Below, one piece after another: positions 16,092-34,485 of a stretch of DNA of 64,000 nucleotides. Both the position numbers and the translations under genes were made by a program. The stretch is from the human T2T-CHM13v2.0 reference genome, Homo sapiens. A model generated the notes under the pieces. That model did not search any database. It saw only the letters and a program-made list of their open reading frames with translations, and was not told where the DNA came from. Location: assembly GCF_009914755.1 (NCBI RefSeq), contig NC_060932.1; one strand, 5' to 3'. How positions within the stretch are numbered: position 1 is the first letter of the stretch; each line of letters starts with the position of its first letter.

Positions 16092-17910
16092 TACAGATGT
16101 CCCCCAGCTTCCTGCTCTGAGTGTGGCTGCCCCTTGCGGGGAGAGGCAGAGCACCCCAGGTTTGGAGGGTCCTGGGGTCTTCTGTGGTATGGCCCAGGGG
16201 GGTGGTGGGGGAGGAGGAGTCGTCCCCTGAGCCACAGCCAGCTGCTTGCCTGACCTCAGAGGGAGCCCCTCCCCAGTGCTCTGCCCTTTCTTCTGCCCCA
16301 GGTTCAGCAGGTCAAGTGAGTTCCTCCTCCCACAGCGGAAGGAGGTGTTGGGGGGCATGGAGGAAAGAAAGCGGGTGCAAGAAGGAGCACGCTCAGGCTG
16401 GGGCAGCACCCAGGGCCGTAGGACTTGGGAATGGAGGGTGTCTGTCTGGACCCGCTGGTGCAGAGGGCACAAAAGCTGGGCTGGGGCAGGACAGACGGGC
16501 CGGAGTGTAGTGAGTGGCCTGTGGGAGGGGCAGGGGGCTCCCACGCAGAAGCTCTGGGCAGCAGCCCTGACCCATCCGTGCCTGGACTGCAGTGCTGCCC
16601 GCTTCCCCCTGGCAAACAGGTGGCAGCCTCCTGACAGAGGAAGCCGGCCCAGGCCGCCGTGTCTGCAGTTGGGTGCTGTGCGCTGCCCAGAGGGCTCTTT
16701 GGGCTGGAGAGAGAAAACAAGAACAGACACCCAGTGGAGGTGTGTTTGTTCATTTCTCCGGGACAGTGGGAGGGAGCCGGCCAGGGTCTCAGCCACTTAG
16801 GGCCCGACCCTGAATTTTCCCGGCTGGCCAGAAACTGTGGTGTGTGTGTGTCCGGATCCCAGGGGCACCGTCCAGCAGGAGGGGCCGGTGGTCAACGTGG
16901 AGGCCCGAGATTCCCACCCCTGGCAGCTGATGTGAATAGCCGGGTCCTCCCAGGTCCCTGAGGTCAAGGCAGGTCAAAGACCTGTGTCCTCCTCCTGGGT
17001 CCCTGAGCTAGTGATTCCTGTCTGAAACACATGAATCATTACTGCCACCCATGAGGGGCCCATTGTAACCGAGCGAGAGGGCCTGGAAGAGGTCAGCGGG
17101 AGGAGGGGCCTGATCGGTGGATCAGCTATCCCTGTGCAAGGACCCGGAGCCCATCAGAGCAGCCTGCAGAGACTGAGCTTGAGATTCCGTCGGGAGTTTG
17201 GATTCGCTGAGTGGGTCGCTCTAGCATTGAGAAATGCAAGCAGAGAACAGAGGGTGGAAACCAGATGGTCCAGGAGCCTGGGCACTGTAGCCAGGAGGAC
17301 AGAGATCCCGGTGTTCGGGCCCCGGTGTGCAGTGCGTTCACTGCATTGTTCACTCGGAATCGCAGGTGGCTTTGCTGGAGGGACAGACAGTTGATCATAG
17401 TGGAGCTGGTGAGAGGAAGCTGCACCCAAAAGCCATGGCCGGGAACCTGGATCTGACTGCAGGGAAACAGAAGCGTGGTGGGCGCTGGGCGATGATGGAA
17501 TTTCTAACAAATGCTTTGTTTCTGCTAAAGCTAACTTGCGCTTCCATCTCTGGCATCTCCTCCACTTCCCAGGTGAGCTGACTGGTTACTGAGCCTCACA
17601 ACCACACTGAGACGGGGGCGCAGTCATCCCCTCGTTTCCCCAGGGGAGACAGGCTCAGAGTGGAAGCCGCTTGTCCTCCTAGGATCTGGGACTCGGGGCC
17701 CAGCTCTCCCTCTGCTCTGGGTTTAGGGCTGAGGTCAGAGGCAGCCCTGACCTCCTGCTGGTGGTGGGTAGGGTAGTCCCGCCGGGTTCCTGCTGCCCCG
17801 CCCTCGGGAGGCTGGAGGCCCCCCAAGGACAGGTGGTTTCCAGGAGCAGCGGGAGGGAGCCCGGGTTGTGTCCTGGGCCTGGAGCAGAGAGGGGAGGAGC
17901 CCAGCGCCTG

Positions 17911-18030
17911 AGTTTCAATTTCCTGAAGCCTGGGGGAGGGAGAGGAAGAGAGCCTCGTTTCGTTTCGGGGCTCTGGACCTGAGCCTCCCGCCCAGGGCCC
18001 ACCGCACCCCGCTAGGACCTGGGATTTCCC
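17911..18030. promoter_or_regulatory. Candidate interferon/NF-kB enhancer: ISRE 17911-17923, IRF site 17956-17967, kB site 18021-18030
   Basis: AGTTTCAATTTCC (AGTTTCNNTTTCY consensus), CGTTTCGTTTCG and GGGATTTCCC within 120 bp. Confidence 0.7.
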
Positions 18031-18805
18031 AGTCTCCACACCGGCCCGGAACTGGGCCCCCTCCTCTCCGCAGCCCATCCAGCCCCACTTCCCCGCTTCC
18101 CCGCTTCCCAGCATCTGCCCGCGGATGAGCCTCTGGAGGATGGGCGGCCCGTCCCGGCGCTGCCCCTCACCCACCCCCCACCGCTCAACCCCTGTGGGGA
18201 CTTCCTGCAGTGAGGCCCAGGCAGGACGCTGCGCTGCCTCCCCCATCCACAGCCTCTGCCCCCTTGACACCCCCGCCCTCTGCGGTGCCTTGCAGGAGTC
18301 GCCAGCCTGTGGGCCCGGGACCATTTCACACGCTGTCCACAGTCGTGGAAACCCGGCAGCCACAGCAGGCCTGGGCCCACGGTGCCTCCACCCCTCCGTC
18401 AGCCCCCAGCAAGTCTTCCTGGGGGTCCCCAGCCCTGAGTGCGAGACCCTCCAGGCTGCTTCTGGACCTCGGGGCTGGGGCTGAGCCCGATCCTGGCTGG
18501 AAATGAGTGCAGGGCCGGGCTGCCTGGGGGAAGGCCCTCCAGTCTCTGAGCCCCACCCTGGGGAATTTGCTGGGACACCTTGAAGGCCACAGGCCAGACC
18601 CCAGGGGTTAATAAGGGAACAAAGTCCTTGGGCGAACACCTGCATTTACTATCTGAGCCAGCAGGCAGCTAGGATGCTGGGTGAGGGGGTCTCTGGGCTG
18701 CTGGGCGGCCAGGCGGGGGCATCGGGGCAGGAGCTGAGGGCTGCACTGGGCAACCACCCTGAGCTCCTGTTTACCCACCAGGGGCAGTGCCAGGGCGGGC
18801 TGGGC

Positions 18806-19751
18806 TCACAGCAGAGCCCAGAGGAAGGGGCTCAGGCTGAGCAGGAGCTCCCTGACAGCCTGGCACCAGAGGCCACGCCGCACTGTGGCCGCCTTGTTAC
18901 GGAGGCTATTTTCACAGCAGGTCATGTCCAGCTTCTCAATCTTCGAGTCAATCAGTCTATCCTCAATTTCTGTGGGGTAAGACCCTCCAGGGACCACAGG
19001 ATGGGTGAGGTTCATAATCTGGGCACAGAGTGGGGCCACAGCCCTTGCTAGTGTAGCTGAGCTTCTGCCCTGTGGGCAAGAGAGGAGGGTGTCTGGCACA
19101 GGAGGCCCCACCCGACCCCCTCGGACCCGCCCCAGGACCGCCCCCTTCAGGGAACCTTGAAGCCAGTGGGGACGCGGAGGCGAGCAGAAGAGAACGGGCG
19201 GCGGCCCCAGGCCCCACACCAAGTCTGCAGTCCATTAGATGGAGGTCCCTGAGCTCTGTCCCCAGATCTAAGCTTCCACCAGGCCAGGGGGCTCAAGGCA
19301 GAGCCCCTGGGATGCTGCCAGAGAGTGCCCTGCCCACCCCTCACCTGCCTACAGACGCTGGGTCCCACCCAGGACTCACCATCGATAGTGCCAGTGACCA
19401 CAGAGGAGGGGCAGCTTTGAGCCTGCATGGGATAGGAGACGGGGTGACACAGGCTGGGGTCCAGGACACCGTAGCACTGGAAGCACTCAAGGCCCTGGCC
19501 TGGGATGGGGCGGGGAGGGTGCAGGTCAGGGTCGCAGGCTGAAGGGTGGGTTCCAGTCCCTCTCACCAGCACCGGCAGCAGGCCTGGGCAGCACACAGGT
19601 AGGCTCAGGTGCCCTTGGCTACTCAGAATTGTGGGCAGGGTCCTGCTGGCATCTGGAGCCCCCAGCATCAAGAGGGTCTTACTCCCACCTTCAGGCCTCC
19701 TTCCCATCCCCCACCCTCAGCCAGCAGCAGCATGGGGCTAGTGACCTTCAT
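18806..19751 (-). pseudogene. Unprocessed Ly6-family pseudogene; exons 19751-19715, 19499-19380, 19069-18806
   Basis: MKVTSPMLLLAE / GQGLECFQCYGVLDPSLC...SC / KGCGPTLC-(frameshift)-...MTCCENSLRN...LLLSLSPFLWALL*; 120-nt phase-1 middle exon as in LY6E; C4>Y, C10>R and a frameshift near 19020-19035. Confidence 0.9.
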
Positions 19752-20174
19752 GGTCTTGGGTATGGGTGCATTGAGGGCACGTGTGGCACAGAGGCTCTGA
19801 GCCTGGGAAGAGCTAGGGGAGGCCTTGCACCCCCGAGCCTGGGAACCTCTGCCCCACTTCTGGTTTGTGATGAGGAACCCGGATTGTTTGTGTAAAGTGC
19901 ACACAGCTGATGGCCTCATCCCATCATCTCACAGAATGGGAATTGAGGGGTAGAAACCCTTCCTTCCTGACCTGGCTGCTCTGGAAGGCAGACATGACCT
20001 TGAGCAAGACCCCTCTCACCCCACCCCTTCTCTGCCTGGGGCCTCCCAGAGCTCAGGGTGTGAGCAGAACAGATCCGGAGGGAGGAGGGGCTGCGGTGAG
20101 GAGAGGAGGGGCTGCGGTGAGGAGAGGAGGGAGAGGTTGTCCCCTGGGGTGGGAGGACGCCTTAGGAGAAGTTC

Positions 20175-20231
20175 TGACTCAATAGAGAGGAGGGTCCTGG
20201 ACTAGGGCCTTGAGTTTCAGTTTCAGTTTCC
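20175..20231. promoter_or_regulatory. AP-1 site (20175-20181) plus triple-repeat ISRE (20213-20231)
   Basis: TGACTCA and AGTTTCAGTTTCAGTTTCC. Confidence 0.75.
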
Positions 20232-21826
20232 TGGTGCATCACAGTGTTGGTGTCTGAAGCAGGAGAGAAAAGCAGCCGTGAGACCTCAGGTCACACCCAG
20301 GACCAGGCCCTTCCCGCTCAGGATGAGGGTCTCTGGCTGAGCCCACCACTGGCAGGCCCCCGTGCAGACAGAGCCTGGGAGGGGCCAGCAGGGCAACAAG
20401 CTCTGACACTGAGACCCCAAGCCAGGCACCCCTTGTTTTCTGTGCAGGGAGCAGAGGCCCCTGTAACGGGGTGGGACGACATGGGGGCTCCCTTGGGGCA
20501 GGGGAGGAGGGGTCCAGAACTCTGTCCTGGCCACAACCGGAACCACCCCTGTCCCTCCCCCCTGCCCACCCCCATCACACCCACACCCGAATTTGTTCTT
20601 CACGGAGAATCAGAAGACACAGGAAATGGGCCAGGGGTGACTGACTGCAGACTCCACCCCCCCTCCCCAACCAGGTGCTGGGCAGAAGGAAGAGAGGGCT
20701 GCCTGGGCTGTGGGGACAGAGCCCTTGATGAAGACAGATAAAGGCAGCAGACCTGCATAAGGATGGGTCGCCTCTCCGGTGGGTGGTCCCTTCCGAAAAG
20801 CAGAATCCACTCTGTGCCCTCAGGGGTCTCTGCTTGGAGAGTCCATGGCATCTGAGAGGATGGGCCAGGTGAGGTGGGGGTGGCTCCTGAGAGCAGGGAG
20901 GACAAGGGCGGAGCTGGAGGCGTCAGGCCCAGAAGACCCCCCCAGTGACTCGGGGCAGCTGTGGGCAAGGCTTGGACCCAAGAGGCCTGACCACCCCGCC
21001 TGGCAGCACACCAGAGCACAGGCCAGACCTGAAGGGGCAGCGCCAGGGGGGCCCATGGTCCACGGGTCACTCTGCTGGCCCTGCGGCCACACTGCTCAGG
21101 TCCCAGGGCCTGATGATGGCTGAGCCAGACATCATAACACCAAGCAATGGAGAAGTTAGAATATTGCTAGGGATACTGACTTGTATTTTTGAATCTTAAA
21201 ATATATGTTTTAATCTGACATCTATAAGCAGTGCATGTTACATGCCAGTCAGAGCACGAGCATCCCCAAGAGGTGTGCACTCTGTGTATCTATGGATAAT
21301 GAAAGCACGGCTTTCACACAGCAAGTTATCCTCACTTCCTGTGATCAACTCTGATATCTTCTACTTTATTTGAAAGAGTATTGATTGTGTCCCACTCGAC
21401 TGATTTTACACCCTCTATGTACATGGTCCCCAGTTTATGGGCAGGGCGGTTATTTTGTGTTTTATTTTGTTTTTGAGACGGAGTCTTGCTCTGTCGCCCA
21501 GTCTGGAGTGCAGTGGCGTGATCTCGGCTCACTGCAACCTCCGCCTCCCGGGTTCCAGCGATTCTCCCGAGTAGCTGGGATTACAGGCGCCCGCCACCAT
21601 GCCCGGCTAATTTTTTTATTTTTAGTAGAGATGGGGTTTCACCATGTTAGGCTGGTCTCGAACTCCTGACTTCAAGTGATTTGCCTGCCTCAGCTTCCCA
21701 AAGTGCTGGGATTACAGGCATGAGCCACCACACCTGGCCTGTTATGTTTTTTGAGATAGGGTCTCCCTCTGTCACCCAGGCTAGAGTGCAGTGGTACAAT
21801 CACAGCACATTGCAGCCTCAACCTCC

Positions 21827-22481
21827 CTCCCAACCTCAACCTGCAGGGGAGGGGAGGGAGAGGAAGGGAGGCTCATCTCAGGGCTCTGAACCTGAGCCTC
21901 CCACCAGGGATTTCCCAGTCTCCACACTGGCCTGGAACTGGGCGCCCTCCTCTCTGCAGCCCCATCCAGCCCCCACTTCCCAGCATCTGCCCACGGATGA
22001 GCCTCCGGAGGATGGGCAGCAAGTCCTGGCACTGCCCCTCACCCGCCCCCCACCACTCAGCCCCTGTGGGGACCTCAGGAGGTAAGGCCCAGGCAGGACC
22101 CTGTGCCACCTCCCCCATCCACAGCCTCTGCCCCCTTGACGCCCTTGTTACAGAGGCTCTTTTCACAGCAGGTCATGTCCAGCTTCTCAGTCTTCAATCA
22201 ATCAGTCCATTCTCAGTTTCTATGGGGTAAGACCCTCCAGGGACCACAGGATGGGTGAGGTTCATAATCTGGACACACAGGGAGGGCCACAGCCCTTGCT
22301 AGTGTAGCTGAACTTCTGCCCTGTGGGTGAAAGAGGAGGGTGTCTGGCACAGGAAGCCCCACCCGACCCCCTTGGTCCCACCCCAGGACCGCCCCCTTCA
22401 GGGAACCTTGAAGCCAGTGGGGACACAGAGACAATCAGGAGACAAGCAGAAAAGAACAGGCCGCGCCGAGTCTGCAGTCCT
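21827..22481 (-). pseudogene. Partial duplicate of about 17930-18268 + 18889-19233 (Ly6 pseudogene last exon and flanks) inserted in a split AluJ (21745-21826 / 22482-22693)
   Basis: Colinear direct similarity visible by eye; encodes GQKFSYTSKGCG...DMTCCEKSLCNK; Alu halves rejoin at acctcc|caggctcaagcgatcc. Confidence 0.9.
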
Positions 22482-22949
22482 TCCAGGCTCAAGCGATCCT
22501 CCTGCCTCATCTTCCAAGTAGCTGGGACCACAGGCACCTGCCACTACCCCCAGCTATTTAAAAAAAAAAAATTTATAGAGATGGGATCTCACTATGTTGC
22601 CCAGGCTGATCTTGAACTCTTGGGCTCAAGTGATCCCCTTGCCTCAGCCTCCCAAAATGCTGGAATTGTAAGCGTGGGCCTCTGCACCCGGCCTGGTCCG
22701 CAATTTAAAAACACACAGCCACCATTCCCTCTCCAGAAAGCACCCAGATGCCTTTGGGAGAACCAGCCTCCTCCATGGAGGAAAGCTTGGGATCTGCCTT
22801 CCCACCTGGGGAGGAGAGGGATCTGTGGAAAATCCTTCTGACGGACTTCCCCTCAGTGCCTGATCCATACTCAATAGTAGAAAAAGTAAGAAATATACAA
22901 AGATAGCAGATACACGGAGACAGTTCCCCAAATAGCTGAGCGAATAGCG

Positions 22950-30785
<7,836 letters not shown>

Positions 30786-32050
30786 GAGACATAGCGAAGG
30801 GGGACGCGTCACACTTTCAAACCATCAGATCTCCTGAGAACTCACTCACTATCACCAGAACAGCAAGGGGGAGGTCTGACCCCACGATCCAATCACCTCC
30901 CACGTGGCCCCTCCGCCAATTCCACATGAGATCTGGGCGGGGACACAAATCCAAACCATCTCATCCTGTAACTTCTTTCTCCCTAAAGGGTATAAAATCG
31001 AGCTGTACCCCGGCCACCTTGGGCACATGTTCCCCGAACCTCCTGAGTCTCTGTCATGTGAGGTCATGGTCCTCACATTTGGCTCAGAATAAACCTCTTC
31101 AAATATTTTAGAGTTTGGCTTTCTTTCATCAACACATCCCATCCTGTAAAACGCAGAGTAAGCCGGAGAGAATGGCTCACACCTGTAATCTCAACACTTT
31201 GGGAGACCAAGATGGGAGGATCATTTGAGGCCAGGAGTTCAAGAGACCAGCTTGGCCAACAAAGCAAGACCTCATCTCTAAAAAAAAAATAAGTAAATAA
31301 AAACAAATGCAAGTGACTTCACTCTTCTCTCCCAGAGCCTCCAGTTGTCACTTTTCTGAGTTTCTTCAGGGTCTCTTGAACTGTACTCAGGGTGTCAAGA
31401 GGTACAGTTGGGAAGGATGGGGGCCTCTAATGAGGGGGTTAAGAGCATCATTCTGGAGGAGACATGAGGGAGGCAGCAGAGAGGGGCTGTAGTGTGGCCT
31501 TCACACACTGCAACTCCTGGAGGTCGGGCAGGGGCAGGATGTCCAGACAGTGGACGCATGAGTGGGGAAGCCTTCAGCCACCCTGACTCCACCTAGGAGG
31601 TGCCCCAAGGCAGAACCAGCAGCTGAGCCTGGCCAGCCCCGGCAGCGATGAGAGACAGTAGGTTTTGGGGTGACCAACAGGGAGCCCCAGCAGGAGCCCA
31701 GCAGGAGAGAGAAGCTGGATATTGATCCTGCTGGCCCCTCCTGCAGTCCGCAGGACTGTCCACAGCCCTCGCTCCTCTTAAGCAGCTCACCTGCCTTGGT
31801 GGCCCCTCCCCTCCTGGCCCCTCCTTTTGGGCCTGGGTTGGGGGTGGCAGGGGTCCTGTCCCTGCACCCGGAGTGGAGCGGGATACGGCACTGGAATGTT
31901 TCTAGGCAGCCCACTCCTGTAAGAGGGCCTGGGGCTGGGCCCAGTAGTTCACACCTGTAATCGCAGCACTTTGGGAGGCTGAGGCAGGAGGATCGCTTGA
32001 GCCTCGGAGTTCAAGAGCAGCCTGGGCAACATAGAGACCCCACTTCTACT

Positions 32051-32486
32051 TGAGAGACACAGAGAGAGAGAGAGAGGGAGGGAGGGAGGGAGAGAGGGAG
32101 GGAGGGAGGGAGAGAGAGGGAGGGAGGGAGACAGAGAGAGGGAGGGAGGGAGACAGAGAGAGAGAGAGGGAGAGAGAGGGAGAGAGGGAGGGAGGGAGGG
32201 AGAGAGGGAGGGAGGGAGGGAGAGAGAGAGGGAGGGAGGGAGAGAGAGAGGGAGGGAGGAAGAGAGGGAGGGAGGGAGGAAGAGAGGGAGGGAGGGAGAG
32301 AGAGAGAGGGAGGGAGGGAGACAGAGAGAGAGAGTGAGGGAGGGAGGGAGACAGAGAGAGAGAGGGAGAGAGAGGGAGGGAGGGAGAGAGGGAGGGAGGG
32401 AGACAGAGAGGGAGGGAGGGAGGGAGACAGAGAGAGAGAGAGGGAGAGAGAGAGAGAGGGAGGGAGGGAGGGAGGGAGAGAGAGAG
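32051..32486. repeat. About 435-bp (GA)n/(GGGA)n polypurine tract following an Alu monomer (31933-32050)
   Basis: Almost purely purine on the + strand. Confidence 0.97.
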
Positions 32487-32649
32487 GCTTCTGGTAAATG
32501 CTCCTATTTTGCAAACTCTCTTCCTATTTTGTGATTAGGATGCTCCATCAGTTTCTGCCACCAGCTTGCTGGAGACGCTGCGTGTCCCTGACTCCTCTCA
32601 AAGGGTGAAAAGCTCAGTCGCACCCGAGACCTGCTCCTCAGGCAGAGGA

Positions 32650-33560
32650 TGAACTGAGTCCCCGCCCCACCGCCCGTCTGGCCTCTGTGAGAGTGGCGTG
32701 CAGGCTGACCCTGGAAGCAGAGGGACATTCGAACGGGCCGGCGGCCTTCTCCCCGCTAGGCTGGGCTCCGGGGTGGGTGGAGAGTGGCCGCCACAGGCCA
32801 TCAGCGTCCGGGGTTCTGGGAGGGCAGAGGCTGGCCCAGCCTATGGGAGACCCTGCAGAGGCGTGGCCTCCAGGCTAATCCTACCCCAGCTGCCCCAGGG
32901 CGGGATTTCTTTTCTTTTTTCCTTTAATCTCTTTATCTACAGGCGCCGAGGCTTAATGAGCTCCAGATGTCTCAACATACCAGGAGAGGTTTAGGATCCC
33001 CTGCCAAATACAAGGGAGATAAGAACGCACCAGACTTGCACAAACCAGAGCTGGTGACCCCCAGTTCCCTTTAAATCAGCGACATGTCATTACAAGGCGG
33101 AAGTCCTGCCCGAGAGGACAGTCCCCAGGCCTTGCTAAGCATGCGTGGTATCAAGAGGTGCATTGAGGCGCTCCTGCAGCCTCCTCCCGGCACGGGACTC
33201 CTCACAACCCCCAGCCTCAGCTTCCCTGACAGGGCAGGGGCTCACTCTTCCCCACTCCGGGCCAGGAACGCAGCCTGCTTGCCTTTTGTCCAATTGGGTG
33301 CTCTTTCTTTGCGACTGATACAAAGTGGGAACAAACTCCGCTTCCGGTGATGCCCGGGCCCCAGGAGGCTGGGGGAGAAGTGCACGCTGCCCAGCCTTCA
33401 ACCTGAACTGCCCCCAGCACTTCCGAGCCCCGACCCCTGCAGCTGTGAGGTGAGGTGGGGAGGGGGCGGCCTGCGGGGAGGGGGCTGCCTGCGGGGAGGG
33501 GGCTGCCTGCAGGGCGGGCCGTGTGGGTCCCCCGAGCGTGGGGGACCAGTGACGTCAGGC
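32650..33560 (+). promoter_or_regulatory. Probable promoter of C8orf31/LY6S-AS1: ETS sites 33096-33104 and 33341-33347, full CRE 33550-33557
   Basis: Locally raised CpG; GGCGGAAGT, CTTCCGG and TGACGTCA motifs; promoter assignment is inference. Confidence 0.5.
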
Positions 33561-34159
33561 AACATTTCTCCAAAGGCTCCCTCACCTTGTCCTTTGGCAT
33601 CTGGGGTGCTCAGAGGAAGGGGGAAGCCGGGAGGGTGTGGAGAGGGTCACTGGAGAGGGGAAAGGCCAGAGTGATCCCCTTGGGGACGAGGCAGAGGAAA
33701 AGCTGTGGAGACCTAAAGAGAAGAGGTGGGGTGCGCCTGGGCCTCTCAAGTTTGTTTCCCAGAACCAGGGAAGGTTACAGTGGAAGGGAGGACCCTGTGG
33801 GGAAGAAGCTTCCAGAGACCTTCTGGAGAGGTGAGCCAAAGGCGAGCCATGGCCAGAAACCCCAGGCCTGCTGCAGTGGAGAGTCAGTGCTGCAGGAGGC
33901 TTGGGAATCAGGGCTGCCCTCCTTGGGCTGAACCCTCTGTCTAGGGGACAATGGCCCTGGGCAAAAGCACTGCTTTCTGGGCCCCCTGGAGGGTAGGGCA
34001 TGACACTGTGGTGCTAGAGGCAGGGGGGACATGAGGAGGTAGACGAATGTCCTGAGTCACCAGGTACAACCACTGCACCCCATTGTGACTGCCCCTGTGT
34101 CCGACACAGATTTGGGGTGGTCTGGAATGTCCCTTGAGCTCCTTAGGCACTCATGAATT

Positions 34160-34315
34160 TCTAGTTGAGCAAATAAAATGTCCAAGATGCCCAGTTTGAT
34201 CTGAATCTCAGATAAACAACAAATAGTCATTTTTACCAATGTTTGGGACATACTTATGCTAAAAATTGTTTATCTGAAATTCATATTTAATTGGGCATCT
34301 TACCCCATTGACCCT
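34160..34315. mobile_element. MER53-like hAT MITE
   Basis: Imperfect palindrome gatgcccag...tcagataaacaa / ttgtttatctgaa...tgggcatc. Confidence 0.7.
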
Positions 34316-34485
34316 AATTAGCAAATCACATCCAGGAGTACAGGGCATGGCTGGGTGGTGGCTGTCACACTGTGCAGTCAGAGGGACCAGGACGTCTTGG
34401 ATGCAGGCGTCTGGCCAGCGTGGAAGGCCAGGACCTGGTCACGAGATGTGGCTCCCGGCATGGCAGGTCAAAGACTGCTGGTCGT

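Noticed and set aside
17126-17510. Possible further Ly6 exon behind a good minus-strand acceptor near 17458
   Set aside because: No LU cysteine pattern or GPI signal in the frames examined
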